From positions 806,001-870,000 of the forward strand of contig CM052834.1 of NCBI GenBank assembly GCA_028534125.1: a stretch of 64,000 nt of DNA, given 5' to 3'. The stretch's first letter is position 1. Every line of letters begins with the position of its first letter. The stretch comes from Lama glama (Eukaryota). Positions 27,446-42,000 of the stretch are shown here, piece after piece. The notes beneath the pieces are model-generated. The model did no database searches and was not told the origin of the DNA. It was given only the letters and a program-made list of their open reading frames with translations. Both the position numbers and the translations under genes were made by a program.

Positions 27446-29539
27446 TCCGGCCATGCTGATGCGAACAGAGCGCCCCACGGCCCCAGAGTCTGAGTGTGTC
27501 TGCCCAGCACCTGCCTCCGACAGCCACTCCTTCAAAACAAAACAAAGCAAAAACAAAAGTCCCCAAGCAATTTCCACCCCCTGAGTCACCAACCAGGAAA
27601 CCGACCGGCAAGGCTGCCCACGGTCTCCAGGAGAATGTCCGCAGCTGTGCTCAGAGGCCAGAACGGCGGGGGGCCCAAGCGTGGCCTGCGTTTGTCCACA
27701 GCATCTTCGCCCCTCCACACACGTGTCCAGCCCCACCCCGCGCCTGCTGGGCCCAGAAAGTGCCAGGACGGGGACGAGGCGGGAAGTGGGCCACCAGCTC
27801 CCTCATTGTTCACGTCGTGGGGCTCCCAGCCTCTCTGGCCCCGCTCGTCTCCTTGGAGCTTTTATCTCTGCTGCGCAGGGCCGCGTGATGGGGTCTGGAT
27901 GGCGGGGAGGGTGACCCTCGGGCCCCTTAGCCCGCAACGCGGCCTATCAGCAGTGCCTTCACCTCCCCGGGCCCCTCCTCGGCCCTCAGCCCCAAACCCA
28001 GGAGGTGGGGATGTGTAGTGGCCCCAGCTCCTCTCTCCCAAAGACCCTTTCACACCCCACCAGCCAGTGATGCCCGGGCCAAGGTTCTGCTGACCACACA
28101 CACCATGTTGACAACGGACTTCCTGCCCGTCCCTAACTCAGGGGACCACTAGCCAGGGCACCTGGTCAGCTGGAACAGCCGGGCTGCAGTGCCAAGTGTG
28201 CACGCCCTGTCCACTGAGAGCACAGAGCCCTGACTCATCTGTGACTCTTCAGAGTCTGGTCGCAAATAAGTGGGCAGTTTCCATTATGGGTTTGAAATAT
28301 TAAAAAGTGCTGTGGCCATTACGACGCCTTTATGAGACATTAGACCCTGGAGACGCCAGGCCGGGAATGACCACGAGCGTGGCTCACAGCATCCTCCCTC
28401 CTAGAGACCTTCGTGCACTCCCGAAATTCCAGATATCCATTAAGACTCAAAGAACTGAGTCTCAGATAATTAGATGTCAGGTAGCAGACGTGTATGTCCT
28501 GGGGGGGTCACGGGGGCTGCAGCTGCCCGCCCTCGTGGCCCTGCTGTGCCTGAGCTGCGGGGTGAGCTGGGGAGGTGGGCAGGTCGGGTTCGATCCACCT
28601 GGAGGAGGAGAGGCCGGAGGGCTCACGCCAGAGCCGCCGTGTTCATCAGAGCCGAGGGCCCCCGACGCGCCAGGCACTGTGCACAGAGGATGACCCAGCC
28701 TGGGCCCAGCCAGCGACCTGCTTCTTCCCTTCAGGAGAAAAAGCAAAACGCATCGCCCCTGACAACGCGCCATTCGAGCGCATGAAGGACGCACGCCTGG
28801 CCCTCCCGACACAGCGTCAGAGCAACAGCCACACCCCCAGAAACGGGACAGAGGGGACGGGCCAGGCCACCAGCAAGAAGGCCCAGACAGGAGCAACGCA
28901 GAGGACAAGCTCTGAAAAGAGAAACTGCCCCGTGCCCGGCACGTGGCAGAGGCTCGGGACGAGGCACGTTGAATAAGCAAGTGAACACAGGACTCTGGTC
29001 CTACGGGAAGCGATTCTGAAGGACGAGGCCCCTCTCAGCAACGAGCTGTGACCTTCGTCCAGCTTTCATTTTTATCTGCTCACGTCCACTCACCGTAGCG
29101 TCAAACGGCTCTCAAAGGCTCATTGCAAAACAAACGAACGAAACACAAACAAATCCGCAGTTCTCGTCCTGACCGCCCCACCTCCTCCCCCAGCAAGCAC
29201 CGCGCCAGCTCCTCAGCTGCTTCTTTGAGTCACTAATCCTATGCTTTCAGGCCTTAGACTTACGGAGCTTCCTGCCAAGCTGCAGGCTCCCGCCACGGGC
29301 AGCGAGGGCGGGCCTCTGCGACGCGCCCCCGGCCCCCTCCTCAGGACCTGCCCCTTGCTCTGCATCGTGGTGACCACAAAGGCCCCTCACAGGGCTCTCT
29401 GCCTGTCTCCTGTGCTGGGGCCGGCGTTCCCCGAGCCCCGTTTCCCTTGGCCTCCCCCGCCCCGGGATGGAGAGCTCCCCTTGGTGCTTCTCCACGTGGA
29501 GCTCATTTGGTTCTGGGTCTGGGTCTGGGGTTCCCTTCA

Positions 29540-31540
29540 TTGTGTCTGTGGTTGCTCCCGTTGAGCCCTCACTCATCTGACAACATCTGTTCCACTCGGT
29601 GCCCGAGGGGCAGTCTGGCTGGGTATAAAATCCCCAGCTGGCGACCGCGTCCCTCCAGAATCTCGAGGGCGCTGCGCCGCTAGCTCTAGCCTCCCGGGTT
29701 GGAGCATCAGGAGCCAGGCCGATCCCTGATCCTTTGTGATGAACTGTAGTAATGCCACGCCACGCAGGGAAAACTCTCCAGAACGTGCAAGAGTGCCGAT
29801 GGTCCCGCTTCTCTGACGCTTTCACACGCGGTGCTGTCTGGTGTGGGCCCTTCAGCCTGCAAACGAACGCCCTGTAGTTGCAGGAAAGACCCTGGAGTGT
29901 CCCCCTGGTGGTCCCCCCCCAGCGTCGCCTCCTCCTGGGACGCCCGGCGTTCAGACGCGCGACATCTCGGCGTGGTGGTCTCACTGTCTTATTTTTCTCC
30001 TAATTTCCAGCTCTGGTATTTTTTTTTTCGCCCTACTTTCCTGGAGATTCATTAATTTGGTTTTCCAATGACTCACAGCCCTCAGCTACAACACTTTTAA
30101 TTTCTAAGAGTCCCTTTTCGTTTCTTCAGTGCTCCTTCTGCATAGAAATCAGTTGCTGTTTCAGGCAAGTAGCATCTCTCATCTCTCCGAAGACAGAAGA
30201 GAATGTTGGTGGTGGCGCTTTGGGGTTTTTTTAAGGTTTCTTCTTTCACTTTCTGTTTTAAATATGCGTCCTTTGCTTGTTTGCCTTGCTTTCTATTTTC
30301 ATCCTAAGGGACTTCCTCAAATATTTAGGTGTCCTTAATTGACTGACCATATATAAGAGTGAGACACAGAGGACTGATGGGTGGCGAGTGGGGCTTGCCA
30401 GCTAGACTCGGCCAGAGAGGCCGCAGCTGAACCGTCCGCAGGGCCTAGGCCTTTCTCCAGGCTAGACCGGGCTCCGCCAGCCTGAAGGCCGCCGGGAGGA
30501 GGCTCGCATCTCCTGCCTGTGCGAGCCCAGCGAGGGCACAGCTGGGAAGTCCCAGCCCCCACTCCCCACCGGCAGCCTGCCCTCGGGGGTCCCAGCCACG
30601 CCCAACCCGGGCTCCTCCCGGTCTATGGGAGAGCGCAACCCTCCGGCCTCCTGCTGAAGCGGGGGGAGTGCTGGCTGCTGGCACGGGGGCGGGCAGCAGG
30701 GAGCAAAGTAAAGCAAAGTACTTCTTAACCAGACTTGGAAGCAGTTCACCACTTTTCAGCCCCATTTTCGCCGCCACTTCCGAAGTTCTCTGACCACTAG
30801 TTCCAAGCCTTTGGGGAGTCGTGAGTCGCACATTCTCTCGTCTCATGTTCCTCGTCGCAGCTCAGGAGCCCACTGTCTCACACGGGTAAGGCCGGCTCCT
30901 GCCTGTCCGTCTCTGCAGCCTGCAAAGCTACCGGTGTCCCTCTGCCTGCTGCCGCTGGGACCACGGAGGCAGGGCCGCTCTGGCAAACTCTGGATGCAGC
31001 TCAACCTTGACCCAGCACCACGGTCAAGGAGGGCGTGGCTTCTGGGGTGAAGTGGGCATCAACGCTGCCTTAGAAGAGGTGCGTGCCCTCTGCCCCCAGA
31101 GCCTGGCCGGAGCAGGGCGTGCGCGTCCACGTCCACTGTGCCGAGTCTCCGTGGGAACCCTGGGGGAGGCACTGGGCACTGGTCACCTGACCAACCTCCG
31201 GGACGCTGGTCCGGGCAGACCCCGCAGGACGCGCAGGCCTCTACCAAAGCCCCGGAGAAGCGCAGCCCCGTCAAGCGGTCGGCTGCAGCTACGTGGTCGT
31301 CAAGGGCCAAGGCGAACTCCCAGGCCCAACGGGGCCTCCGAGGCAACTTCAAACACACGAAATGAACAGAGAAACGCGGCCCTCAGACACACGCACGCAC
31401 GGACGCACACGTGTGGCTCCTGCTGTCTTCTTTTCCACTCGTTTTATCTCTGTGGCTGATGCGTTTTTTAAAAGATCACTTTACCATAATTTTCGCGTGG
31501 TTTTGGAAGAGAGCATTCAATCGGAGTTTCTAAACTACCG
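29540..31540 (-). mobile_element. Ancient HAL1/L1M-type LINE remnant, degraded and probably interrupted; ends approximate
   Basis: Recognisable antisense motifs: cagtctggctgggtataaaat, ccctgatcctttgtgatg, tctcatctctccgaagac, ataagagtgagacac...gtggggcttg, tttaccataattttcgcgtggttttgg. Confidence 0.55.
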
Positions 31541-34500
31541 TGGGCTTTTCTTCCTCATTACCATACTTCATTCTATTTTTATAAAATATAACATCTATTT
31601 GGAACAGTGAATAAAACACATTTTACAGATTAATGAATAATTGTGAAGCAAACGCTCACGTAACTAGCGTCCTGATCAAGAGACACACCCCTGCCGGCAC
31701 CCAGACGCCTCCCGGTGTCCCCGCCCCCGCCACGACCCCACCCGCCCCCACCAGCACCACTTCCCCACCTTCCCTGACGGCGCCCCCGTGTGCGAACGCG
31801 CCGCCGTAAAGGGCGGTCTGGCTCTGCCAGGGCTTAGCGTCCCGCGAACAGGATGCACTGCACCCCTGCTCGACGAGACGAGAACCCCGTCTCGTCGGAT
31901 GCAGCCTCGGCCCCGCATCTTTACCCCTCCACGAAAAGCTCTCTGCAACGTTACTGATAAACACGAGACTGTCAGGACTGATGGAGGGGCTGCGAGGGAA
32001 GAGAAGTCCAGTGATCTGCTGGAAGCTTAAGAGGGAAAGTCCTCAGGTGCACAAGTATTTCTCTCGGAAGCCTGAACCATAATCAGACCTTTCCCAGTGG
32101 GTGGAAAGCGCCTCGAGACGGCTTGGCGGGGCGTCCAGCTCATCCTCCCAGTGCTGGGAGGGTCAGCGCTCGTCCCAGGGCCCATTTTCCATCAGGAGAC
32201 GCTCGGACCGGAACCGGTGATGCCCCCGAGAGGCGGCGGTGTCTGCTCACAACCCAGCACGTTCTCCCGGGCAGCCAAGGCCCCGGGAGCCACGAGTCCT
32301 CCTCTGGGACTCTCATTACGAGGAAATGGACCGAGGGCAGACGCACCTCAGCAGACAGGCCAGCCATCCCAGGCAGTTCCATGGAGGCCGAGGAACGGGG
32401 AGAAGACGGCCTTTAAGCCCCACTTGGTAGAGCCCCCGAGGGGCCCTCAGGGAGCCCGTGGGGCAGTCTTCCTTCTCGAGAAGGGAACTGAAGGCCAAGG
32501 GAGGGAGGTGATTCGTCTGAGTCACGAGGCTCGTTGGCCTTTGTGCCCTCCGTCTGCGGGGGCAGGCGCGCCACGTGACCGCCCAGATCCTGGAGACGCA
32601 GACGCTGACCCCTGTGGTCCACACGGGCACCAGCCCCCCGCCCAGGGGACAGCCACCACGGCACATGGCTTCCTGCTCCGTGTTCTCCACACAGAACCGG
32701 GCCATTCACACACCAGGGTGTGACTGTGTGCGAGTGTGTGTGTGTCTCTGCGCGGGCATGGTCATGACTGGAGCAGACACCCCCTCCATCCATGGCAGCA
32801 GCATCTCCCCCCATGGCCTGGGGCTCACCAGGTAGGAAGACCCCGCCTCTCCTCACAACCTGTAAACAGGGGCGGCACCTGCTCCCGAGCAGGCAAGACG
32901 GGTCCTTGGAGAGCGCAGAGCCGCTCGGGAAGCAGCCTGGGCCCCCCCCCGGCTCGAGGCCCTTGTCACCTGGACCCCAAGTGGCCACAAGCACCACACG
33001 CACTATCCTGTCTCCTTGGCGGCCAGGGTGACACGGGGAGCCATGAGGGAACAGCACAGAGGAAGCCGGACTCCCGAGGGGACACCCTGGGCCTAGGCGG
33101 GGAGGGAGGAGGAGACGGTGTGAACCGCGGGGGGCCCTCGGTGACCCTGCCCCGGGCCCCGTCCTTGGCAGAGCCGTAACTGGAAACCCAAACCCACGCT
33201 CCCGGCTGGGAACCCGGCGTCCTCCCTCGGCCTTCCTCCCTCTAATGCCCCACTGCCCCGACTGGGCGAGGGGCCACCAGGACGCTGGACGCAGCAGCCA
33301 CCACGGCCACCTGGCCTGCGGAGGGGCAGCCTGCTTCACCCGAGGCACGTCCGTCCGGCACCCCCTTCTCCCATCGCCCGCCCCGCCTCCGGCCGGAATC
33401 CCGGGCCTCGGAGCTGCCCTTCCTGCGAACCCACCTCGCTGCCTGCCGGCCGCCGGCCACCGGTCACACAACTGGGGTGGGAGCAGGGTCTCCAGGCCGT
33501 TGTTTGCTAAGTGGGGCTGTCCCTGGGGCAGGTGGCTAAGCCCCCAGGGGGCAGGAAGAGCCCAAGACTCCAAGTGGAGAGCCCGGGGACCCTCCGGGGG
33601 GGCGGCTGCAGGCCTTACGCAGAACCTCCCGGTCGGAGAGGGGGCCTCGGGGCGTCCTGGGAGCGGGCAGTGCCTTCCTTCCTCCGTGAGTTTAAAAGGA
33701 CTGCGGCCAGCGTCTGGGGAGGCAGGGGCACGTGGGAGCGAGAGGACCTGGAGGTGCGGGAGACCTGGTGGTGGGGCCTGGAGGGACCCGGGCCAGTCAG
33801 CTTTTCGGAGGGTTAACACTTCACGTTCTGCCAAGTACATTCAGCCGTCTACGCAGGACCCGGGCTCGAGTGCCTGCTCCCGGGAAGGCAGACCCCGGCC
33901 CTTCCTCCCCGTGGAAGCCCAGAGCACTGCTGTCAACAAAGCAGGTGAGTTCGGGGGACCCAGTGAGATCGGTGACTGTCACTCGCCCGCTGCACGGCTG
34001 TTACAGGCAGACCAACAGTGAACGCAGCGTGAAAGCCAGACCAACACGAGGAAGCACGCAGGACACCACGGCGCCGGCCGCCTCAGGCCCTGGGCGCCGC
34101 CGGGGTAACGTAGCACCGTGTGTCCCGTGTCACCTGAGAGGCACTGCTAAGAGATCAGGAAGACAGGAGGGTGGAGAGGCCCCCCGCCGAGAAGCAGGGA
34201 CGCAGAAGGAAACTGAAAGCTCCAACTCGCCAGTGAAATTCTGAGTCTGTGCCGCTGTGTTTAAAAACACCACCTTAAATCGTCACTCACTGCACGCCAG
34301 CCACGCACGGTTCCCCCGGACACCCTCTGCGTCAGGGCTCACGGACGTGACAGAATCAGCCCCACCTGTTTTAAGTCCACCCAACTTTCTAGAAGGGGGG
34401 CCGCGTGGCCGTCATCAGGCCGCTTTGTGGCCCGGAAGCCCCACGTGGACGTCACCACGTGGGCGGGCTCCCCTCCGCTCTGGAGAGCACTCATCTTCCG

Positions 34501-35959
34501 CTCCGTCTTCGCTCTGCGAGGTACCCGGGGGGAGGGGGACGCGCATTCCGTGCGTCCTGTTGTCGGTCAGTCGGGGGCACATCTTCCAAGCAATGGCTCC
34601 CCTGGAGACCAAGGCCAGGATCCCGTCCTCTCTGCCTCTTCACTGTCACGTTCCAGCCAGACCCTGACTCGCGTCCACCCTGAGCTCTGGGCAGCCAGAC
34701 CGGGAGCGGACGCCAGCTCCTCGGCAGCACTGGAAGTCCTCGGCTGACGTCGGGGTGCCAGCCCCTTTCTCTCTCGCCACCCAGATTCCGTCCCCACATC
34801 CCGCTCTCCCTGCTGGGCCCCAGCCGTGTGGCCTCCGTGCCCGAGATCCCGTCGCCACTTGTTGTGGCCTGGGTCCTGCTCCCTGCTTCCTGCCGACGGT
34901 CCTGTCTTGACTCGTAAACTCGTCTGGATCCTGGAGCCACTGCTGGGCCCACATCCCCTGCTCTGGGGCCCGCACAGGCCCCGTGGGAGGCCCCGCCTGC
35001 GGCCCTCAGCGGACACCAGCCTCTCCCCCGCACCTCAGGCCGCTGTCTCCTTGTCAAGGGCAGCCCTGCCCAAAGAAACTGTCTGGTGGGCTGGACGGTC
35101 ACAAAGAGTCAGGAAATCAAGATGCGGCTGCAAACCAGAGGAGACAGCAGCCTGCCCTCTGCTTCTAGAAGATTCCTACAGCGGGACCTGCCCAGACTCC
35201 CGCTCTCCAGGCACCGTCAGTGGGGACAGTCCCCAGGTTCCCAAATCAGAACAGTGAACGGGGCGTGGGCTTCTGAAGCGGGTCCGGGAAGAGGACGGTG
35301 GCGGCCCAGTGCCACTTTGCTGGGCCTCCATCTCCCTCCCTCCCTTTCTCCCTCTCGCACCCCGAGCTTTGGGCCCATAAGGGAAGCCCCCTGAGCCTGA
35401 ATCCTCGCACCGGCCTGGCGGGGGGCCAGACACGTGCGTCTACCGAGCGTTCCCAAGGGCTCTCGGGACAAAGCACACAATCCCACGATGGGTCGGAGCC
35501 GCCCTGACTGCCTCAGCCTCAGACCTGCAAACGCCGCCCGTGGGCTCTCAGACCCAGCAGACTCGTCGGTGTCTGAGTTCACTCCACGTAGCCCCAGTGT
35601 CATCCTGCAAGGTTTCTGCTGTGCTCAGGTGGCCGCCAAGACCACATCTTCCCAGATGACCCCAGGAAACACCAAGCCCCACGCGGAGCCTCCGCTGGAA
35701 AGGCCGAGAGCCAGTTTCAGGGCTGGTCCAGACGGGATGCCGAGCAGGGAGCCCCGCGGACACCCGCCAGCCTGCCCGGAGGGGGCTTGCAGTCGCGCTC
35801 AGGGCCTAGGACACCCACGTCGCAGGGCACAGCCCCCAGCCCCGGGGAGGGAGCCCCTCTTGTGGTCTCGGACACCAGACCCTCTCCCCGCCCCCCGGGC
35901 CCCTTTGCTAACGTATCTGGGGTGGACACAGCGGCAAACATTTCACACGCAGGAAAGAA

Positions 35960-36080
35960 CGGGCACTCAGAGTCCCGGGAACGCGGTTCAAATCCCCACT
36001 CCCCCAGGCCGTGGCCCCGCTGTGTGGCCCTGGCTGGGTCACCCTGCCTCTAACCCGCTTCCTCGTCCGCAAACGAGAGC
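35960..36080 (+). mobile_element. MIR SINE fragment
   Basis: ggttcaaatcccc...gctgtgtggccctggctgggtcac...cttcctcgtccgcaaa. Confidence 0.55.
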
Positions 36081-39000
36081 TGCACACCCCAGAGTCGCAG
36101 AGTGCCCGTAAAGACAAGAGCTCCTGGCACAGGACGCCTGCTCCGGAATTAAAAGCGCGGTGACCGTTATCAGTCTGATCAAAGGAGGAGGTGGGTCAGA
36201 ACGTCTGGACTGCAACGCGTCCCGGAAACCAGAGCCCTGGCCACGCGGCCCGGTTAAATACGCAAACGTGGGCACGGGCTTGGCACGTGGAAGCCTCGCG
36301 CGGGGCCGGGAGACAAGCTCCGATGCTGCCTTGCCCATCGGTGGGTCGGTGTTGCCGTGCAGGTCTTTTCAACGCGGTATTTGAGTACAAGGGCAGAGCC
36401 GATGCTTCCAAAGAGACTGTCAGGCGGGCGGGGCTGCCTGTCACGAGATTTACCGGGGGTTTCTGGGGCTGTGTGGACAACGGGTTTGCTGCGACGTGAC
36501 ACATTTGGGCTGTTTCCCGCCTCTATCTCCACTCCAAAGTCCCTGCAGAGACTGCGATTTCTTTATGACTTGATGGTGCTAATTCCTTCAGAAAGTTTCA
36601 AAAGGCCTGACAGGTTTCATACGAGCACATATGTGTGTGTGACTGTAATAGTAAATAAAAAGCCCCAGAAGTCGCACAAACCTCTGCCCCGCCCGGCGCC
36701 GCCCGGCTGTCCCAGACGTGCTGACGGCACGCCGCCTTCCGGGGGCCCCGCACGGTGACAGCGGGAATCGGAGGGGTCGGGGACTGAGGCCACGGAAACC
36801 CGGGTGTCAGGGCGAGTCTCACGGAACGGCTCTCCTGGGACAGAGCCTGCCGCCTGTTTGATCGCCCACAGACGGCCCCAGAACGGCCTGGGAAGGGAGA
36901 GGGCCCGCGCGCTTTGTAAGTCACGCCCCCCGCCCCCTGCCGGCGGGCTTGGTTTCGGAACCCCTCTCCCGGGAGAGGCGCGCCCTCCCCTCCTCCCGCT
37001 CCTGCCGGGCCCCTCAGCGCGTCCGGGCCCCCCCTCGGCCTCAGCCTCCGGCCTCCTCTCGACAGCCGGTCGGTGGAAGGAAGCTAACGGCCACCAGGAA
37101 GTGCTGACGGCACGCAGCGTTGGTGGGTCCCCGACACTAGCCAAGCCGAGCGTCTGCTCTGCCGTATTTGGTCGCCTGAGGAAGCTGTCGACGACGCTCG
37201 TGTCGTGTGAACGTCGGGGGACACGCTGTCTGGGAGGGGCCGGGCTGGACGGCGCCCCGACTCCAACTGCCATTTCCTCCCAGGTCCGCCCGATCTCTTG
37301 GAACTCAGCCAAACGGCTCAGTTCCTTTGGAGCTTCTGAAACCCAAACAGAGGCACCTCAGTGCCTCGGGGCCGCCTCCCCATCTCCGGGAGCCTAGTTC
37401 GCTTCCACAGATGCCGCCGTGGTCCTGAGCTGTGCAGGCCTGCAGCGGGAGGGCATGGAGCACGCAGGACTCCAGGGGAGTGAGCATGCTCCGACCCAGG
37501 GGGCACGTCGGCCCGCGCGCTCCGCCCAGGTCTGGGTGGACTCGGCTGCCCTCTCCCACGTCCCCGACGCCGGCCCCACGGGGGTCACATTAGTCCCTAG
37601 ACCTTAACCTTGAATGACTCAGCAGAGCCTCAGGAGAGTCACCCAAAAGCCCGAGAAGGAGGGAAGACTGACAAGGCTGACGTGATGGGAGGCACGTGCC
37701 CTCCCCACCGGCAGGCAGGCAGACGCAGCGTCGAGAGCATCTCTTCCAGCTTCACGGGAAATAGGATTATTAAACCCATCAGCGAGCAGAACCAGGGACT
37801 GGCTTTCCAGACGGTTGGTTCTGCTGCTGTCTGGACCCTGCCCTTCCTCCAGGGCAACGGCCTCTGACCCCCGCCCTCCTGCATCCTCCGCCAGGGCAAG
37901 GAGCTGGTCGCCGTTGTCATCCTTCCCTGTGACGCCCTGACTCCCCGCCGACCTGCCTGCCCCCTGCCTCGCACGCTGCTCTGCGAGCGTTTTATTACGG
38001 GTGATTGCGAGGAGGTGACTCTGCCGGTTCCGACGACGAGAAAGGGGGGAGATTCTCGGCGGCCCCTCCCCCCCACGACCTTGGGGCGATTCCCTCATCC
38101 TGCCGAGTCAGATCTACCTACACCCCCGAGGGCAGGGACCCCAAGCCACTGTGTTGGGTCCACACGCGCCCACGATGCCCAGCGGCGGAGCCTCAGGTGG
38201 TCACGATGTGTCTCTCCCGCTGCCCCAGCCCGCGGAGGCATTCGGAGGCCCTCGTAAAAGCAACGGTACTTTCTGTCTGAAAAGTACTGCACAGTTTTCA
38301 GGGAGCTTTCAGAAACAGTCTCTCTGATGAGCTGACTCCCCTCCCGGAAAGCCCAGCGTTCAGTTCAGTGTGACTCGCGCCAAGTCACCGGTGGAGGCGA
38401 GGCTGGGGAGACCGCCAGCCCCAGCCTGCACCGCCTCCTCCAGGCAGCGCAGCCTCCCAGACTCTGCAATGCCAGGGGGGCCTTCGGGCGAATTCGGATG
38501 GGAAACACCATCGCAGGGAAACCCACGCATGCCCCACGTTTACGGTCGTGGACCCTCACCCAGCGCTCCCCATGACGTCCCCGTGGCCCGGTGTCCCAGC
38601 CCACCGCCTGGCACGTGGCGGCGTCCACAGACGGTCATCGAACGAGTGGAGGATAAAAAAGTGAGTGAAGCAAACTGACAAGTGCAGGACGAGGTGTGCC
38701 GTGACCACGAGACGTCCAACCTCAGGAATCCACTGGTTTCCGAAAAGCTGACCTGACTTACAGAATCGCACGTGTTTGAGATAAAACAGCTTTAACATAA
38801 GCAAAGGGCCACCAGAGTAAACAGAGAGTTTTATGATTTTGCTCCAAGAGGCCAAGACCAAGATTCCTACTCTGGAGAAAAGGAAGAGAAAACATTCAGG
38901 CAGAAAACCCTCTTGAGTCCAGAAGGATAAAAATGACCATAAAAATTGTTTTTACAAAAATAAACAAGCTCTACTAAAAACGGCTGGAGACGCGGGGAGC

Positions 39001-41919
39001 GAAAACGACTCCGGCAATCAGAGAGTTTCAGCTCGCCCTGCGAGGTGAGGCAGCACGTCGGCCCGGCAGAGGGACCCGCTTCTGAGCGCAGAGACTGGCT
39101 GCGGGCACAGTCTCTCCAGAGCAGCGCTGCCCTCCTGGCCCAACGTGGCAGAGAGGCGACCAGTCTGCCTCCGGGACCCTGTCCTTGCTCCTGGCGGCAG
39201 GTGCGCCTGCCCTCGAGCAGTCGCAACCCACCCCTTCCCCTCCCTCCTTGAACCCGGCAAGTCTCAAGTTTCACGACCCGGGGCCCTTCACCTGGAGCGA
39301 GAGTTCCACCACCTACCCTGGGACGTCTTCTCGTCACAGTCTAAGGGACAGGATGACAGCCTCCCTCCCCCAACAACGGGATTCCGCGTCGCGGTTCTCT
39401 CGGTAGGCCACGTGAAACACTCATTTAAAACGAACGCAGTCACGCCAACGTAAGTGTGAGTAATTTAGAGGCCAGTCACAGTTGAGTAATTACTTTTTAA
39501 CTGGGCGCTGGTGCCTCTGCCCCTGAGAAGGACGCCCCGTGAGGGCGTCCGCGGTGAGCACCGCGGCCCACACGCAGCAGGTGTCAGTGGGGATTTGCTG
39601 ACAAACGCGCGCAGGTCGGTCGCTCCAAGGTCGTTCCTGGGCTGAACCCTGAGGACTCACGTCTCTGTGTCAGAATTGCACCTTTTGCAGGAACCATGTC
39701 TCCTGTTTTCTCACCCAGACTCTCTCGACTGTCGGCCTCACCTGAGAGCCACTTCTCAGAGGAAAACCTCGTTTACTCTCCCAGCTCACACGATTCACCT
39801 GCTGCCTTCCGGGCTCCACCAACCACGTGGGGATCTCGGAGCCCTGCGTTCAGCCCCTGCCCTGCCCGTGTCTCAGCCCCGTTTCCTCCGCGCCGGTGGA
39901 GGGGCGCGTTTGCCCCGTACGCCCGCCCCGTGCTGGCCACAGGCGACTGCGGGGCTCCGCTCAGCTGCGTGCGGGCGGGCAGCAAACCGGCCCCCAAGGG
40001 TCAAACGCAGTGGTTACAAATTTGTAGTCAAACGTCCTCAAGCAGCTTCAAAACTGAAGACACAGCCGTCCACGTAGACAGCACGTCCTGCTGGGCGCTG
40101 GGTGGGGTGGGCGAGAAGTCAGGGAGCTTCAGGACAAGCATCACCCCCCCACCGCCCGCAAGAGCCAGGAACTCCCACGTCACGAGGCCCCTCGACAGAG
40201 TCCCTCAACCTGAAAGGGAGCACGGGGGACACAGGCCTTTTCCGGATCCTCCTCCTTGTCCGTCGAGCCCTGAAACTAGCTTGTGCGCTGAACACGCCCG
40301 CGGGTCCTCCCACTGGAAAGCGGGCTCCGGTGCCGTCAGCCCGGAGAGGCCGCTGCGGAGGGACGGACACTCAGGCCCCGCATGGGATGGCAGGCGGTTC
40401 CCTCAGGAACCTGCGTGTGGACAAGCTGCCAGGTGACGGTGGGGGGCTGCGGCTCCGAGACCACGCGTGCAGAGCGGTCAGGACTGCGGCCCCGAGGAGC
40501 CTGGCCTCCGTGACCCCCAGGCGTCCTCACGGGACCCCGAGAAGTGATGCTGTGACCGCACCTGCCAGGCTTTCCTCTCCGACGGGATCTGCCCAGGCCC
40601 AGCAAGTGCCACTCCTGGGACGGTGAGAGGGAGCGATGACCGTCACCCCCTCTGTTCACCTTCCGGCACTCTCTGGGACACGTCCTGCTCCCCGGGCTGA
40701 TCAGCAGGGACTGCCCCCCACCCCATTCAGAGCAGACCCCGACTCCCCGCGGCCTGTGCCTGGGTCCCTCCTCCCAGCCTCCTCGCCTGCAGCTCCAGAC
40801 CTGGCGGCCTCCGCGTGGCCCGTGGAGGTGGGACGTGGGGGGCCAGCTGCTGCTCACTGTCCCGGGGGATGGGGAGAGGGGCTAGCCCGCCCGGCACACG
40901 CGTCCTCTGAGCCGTGTCCACGCGCGGCCCTCTGCCGGCACCCGCAGCTCTGCGGTCTGTGCACCTGGGCCCGCGAGGGCCTGACCCAGCGGGAGTCCGG
41001 CCGGTGGAAGGCTGTGCAGAGCCGCAACGCCCGACAGCCGCCCTCCTTGTCCAGGCCACACCCTGTTTCCACGGACTCAGAGACTCAGGCCGGTTCCGGC
41101 CCTGACAGGCCGCCCAGAGCGCAGACAGACAAGCTCGTGTTTCCAACAGTCCCGTGTGTTTGAGGCGGGCCAGGCAGGTGGCAGGACCGCACCTGCCCCA
41201 CCCCCGTGCTGGGAGGGGGACCGAGAGGAGGGCCGGGCCAGCTGCGCCGGGGCCCCCACACGAGGGGGCGGGCCGGGCCCCACGGGAAGTAAGTTGGCCC
41301 GACGCCCCACCCGCCTCTGCAGCCACACGGCTCCCATCCGGCCTGGAAAGGTCAAGAACTAAATCTGGATTTCAGCCTGCGCTCTCATCCCCAAGTTATC
41401 TTGAGAGGAGGCCGAGGGAAAGTTCACAGGGGAACATGCCAGGAGGGGTCAGCGCATGCGTCTGCTCCAGTGACGACAGCAGTGACCGTCGCCGTGAGAA
41501 CTGGGCTCCATTCGCAGCCGCTGGCCTCCCCGCAGCGCCCTCTCCTCTGGGCCCGACGCTGCCGACGGGGTTACCACCCCTGCTTCACAGCCCAGGAGCC
41601 TCGAGTCTAGGAGGCGGGGTGACATCCAGTCCTGATGGAGCTGGAACCCGGGACAATGAGCCCAGCCCAGGGATGTCGCCGCTGTCAGAATCCCCCGTGC
41701 TTTGAGCATCACGGCCCCGCGCACCTGCCCCCGCGCACCCGCCCCAGCGCCTTCCAGGCGGCACCAGTGTCTCACACACACAACGGCCCCCGCAGTCACT
41801 GGCGGAGAGACCGACGTGGTTGCCCCACACACACAGGGCGAGGCCCAGTGACTGAAGCAAATGCCCCCCTTGCAGGCCCTGGGGGGCCACGGGGCACTAA
41901 GGCAGGGACTGGGAGGCAC

Positions 41920-42000
41920 ACCTGGGCTGTGCGGCCTGGTCAAGCTAATTCACTTCTCTGTGCCTCACTCTCCTCCCCCTGAAATGAAAGGCCTCCAACG
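41920..42000 (+). mobile_element. MIR SINE fragment
   Basis: gctgtgcggcctggtcaagctaattcacttctctgtgcctcactctcctcccctgaaatg. Confidence 0.6.

Noticed and set aside
32413-33840. 475-aa minus-strand ORF
   Set aside because: Pro/Gly/Arg/Ala-rich with no recognisable domain; the expected result of stop-codon scarcity in GC-rich intron DNA.
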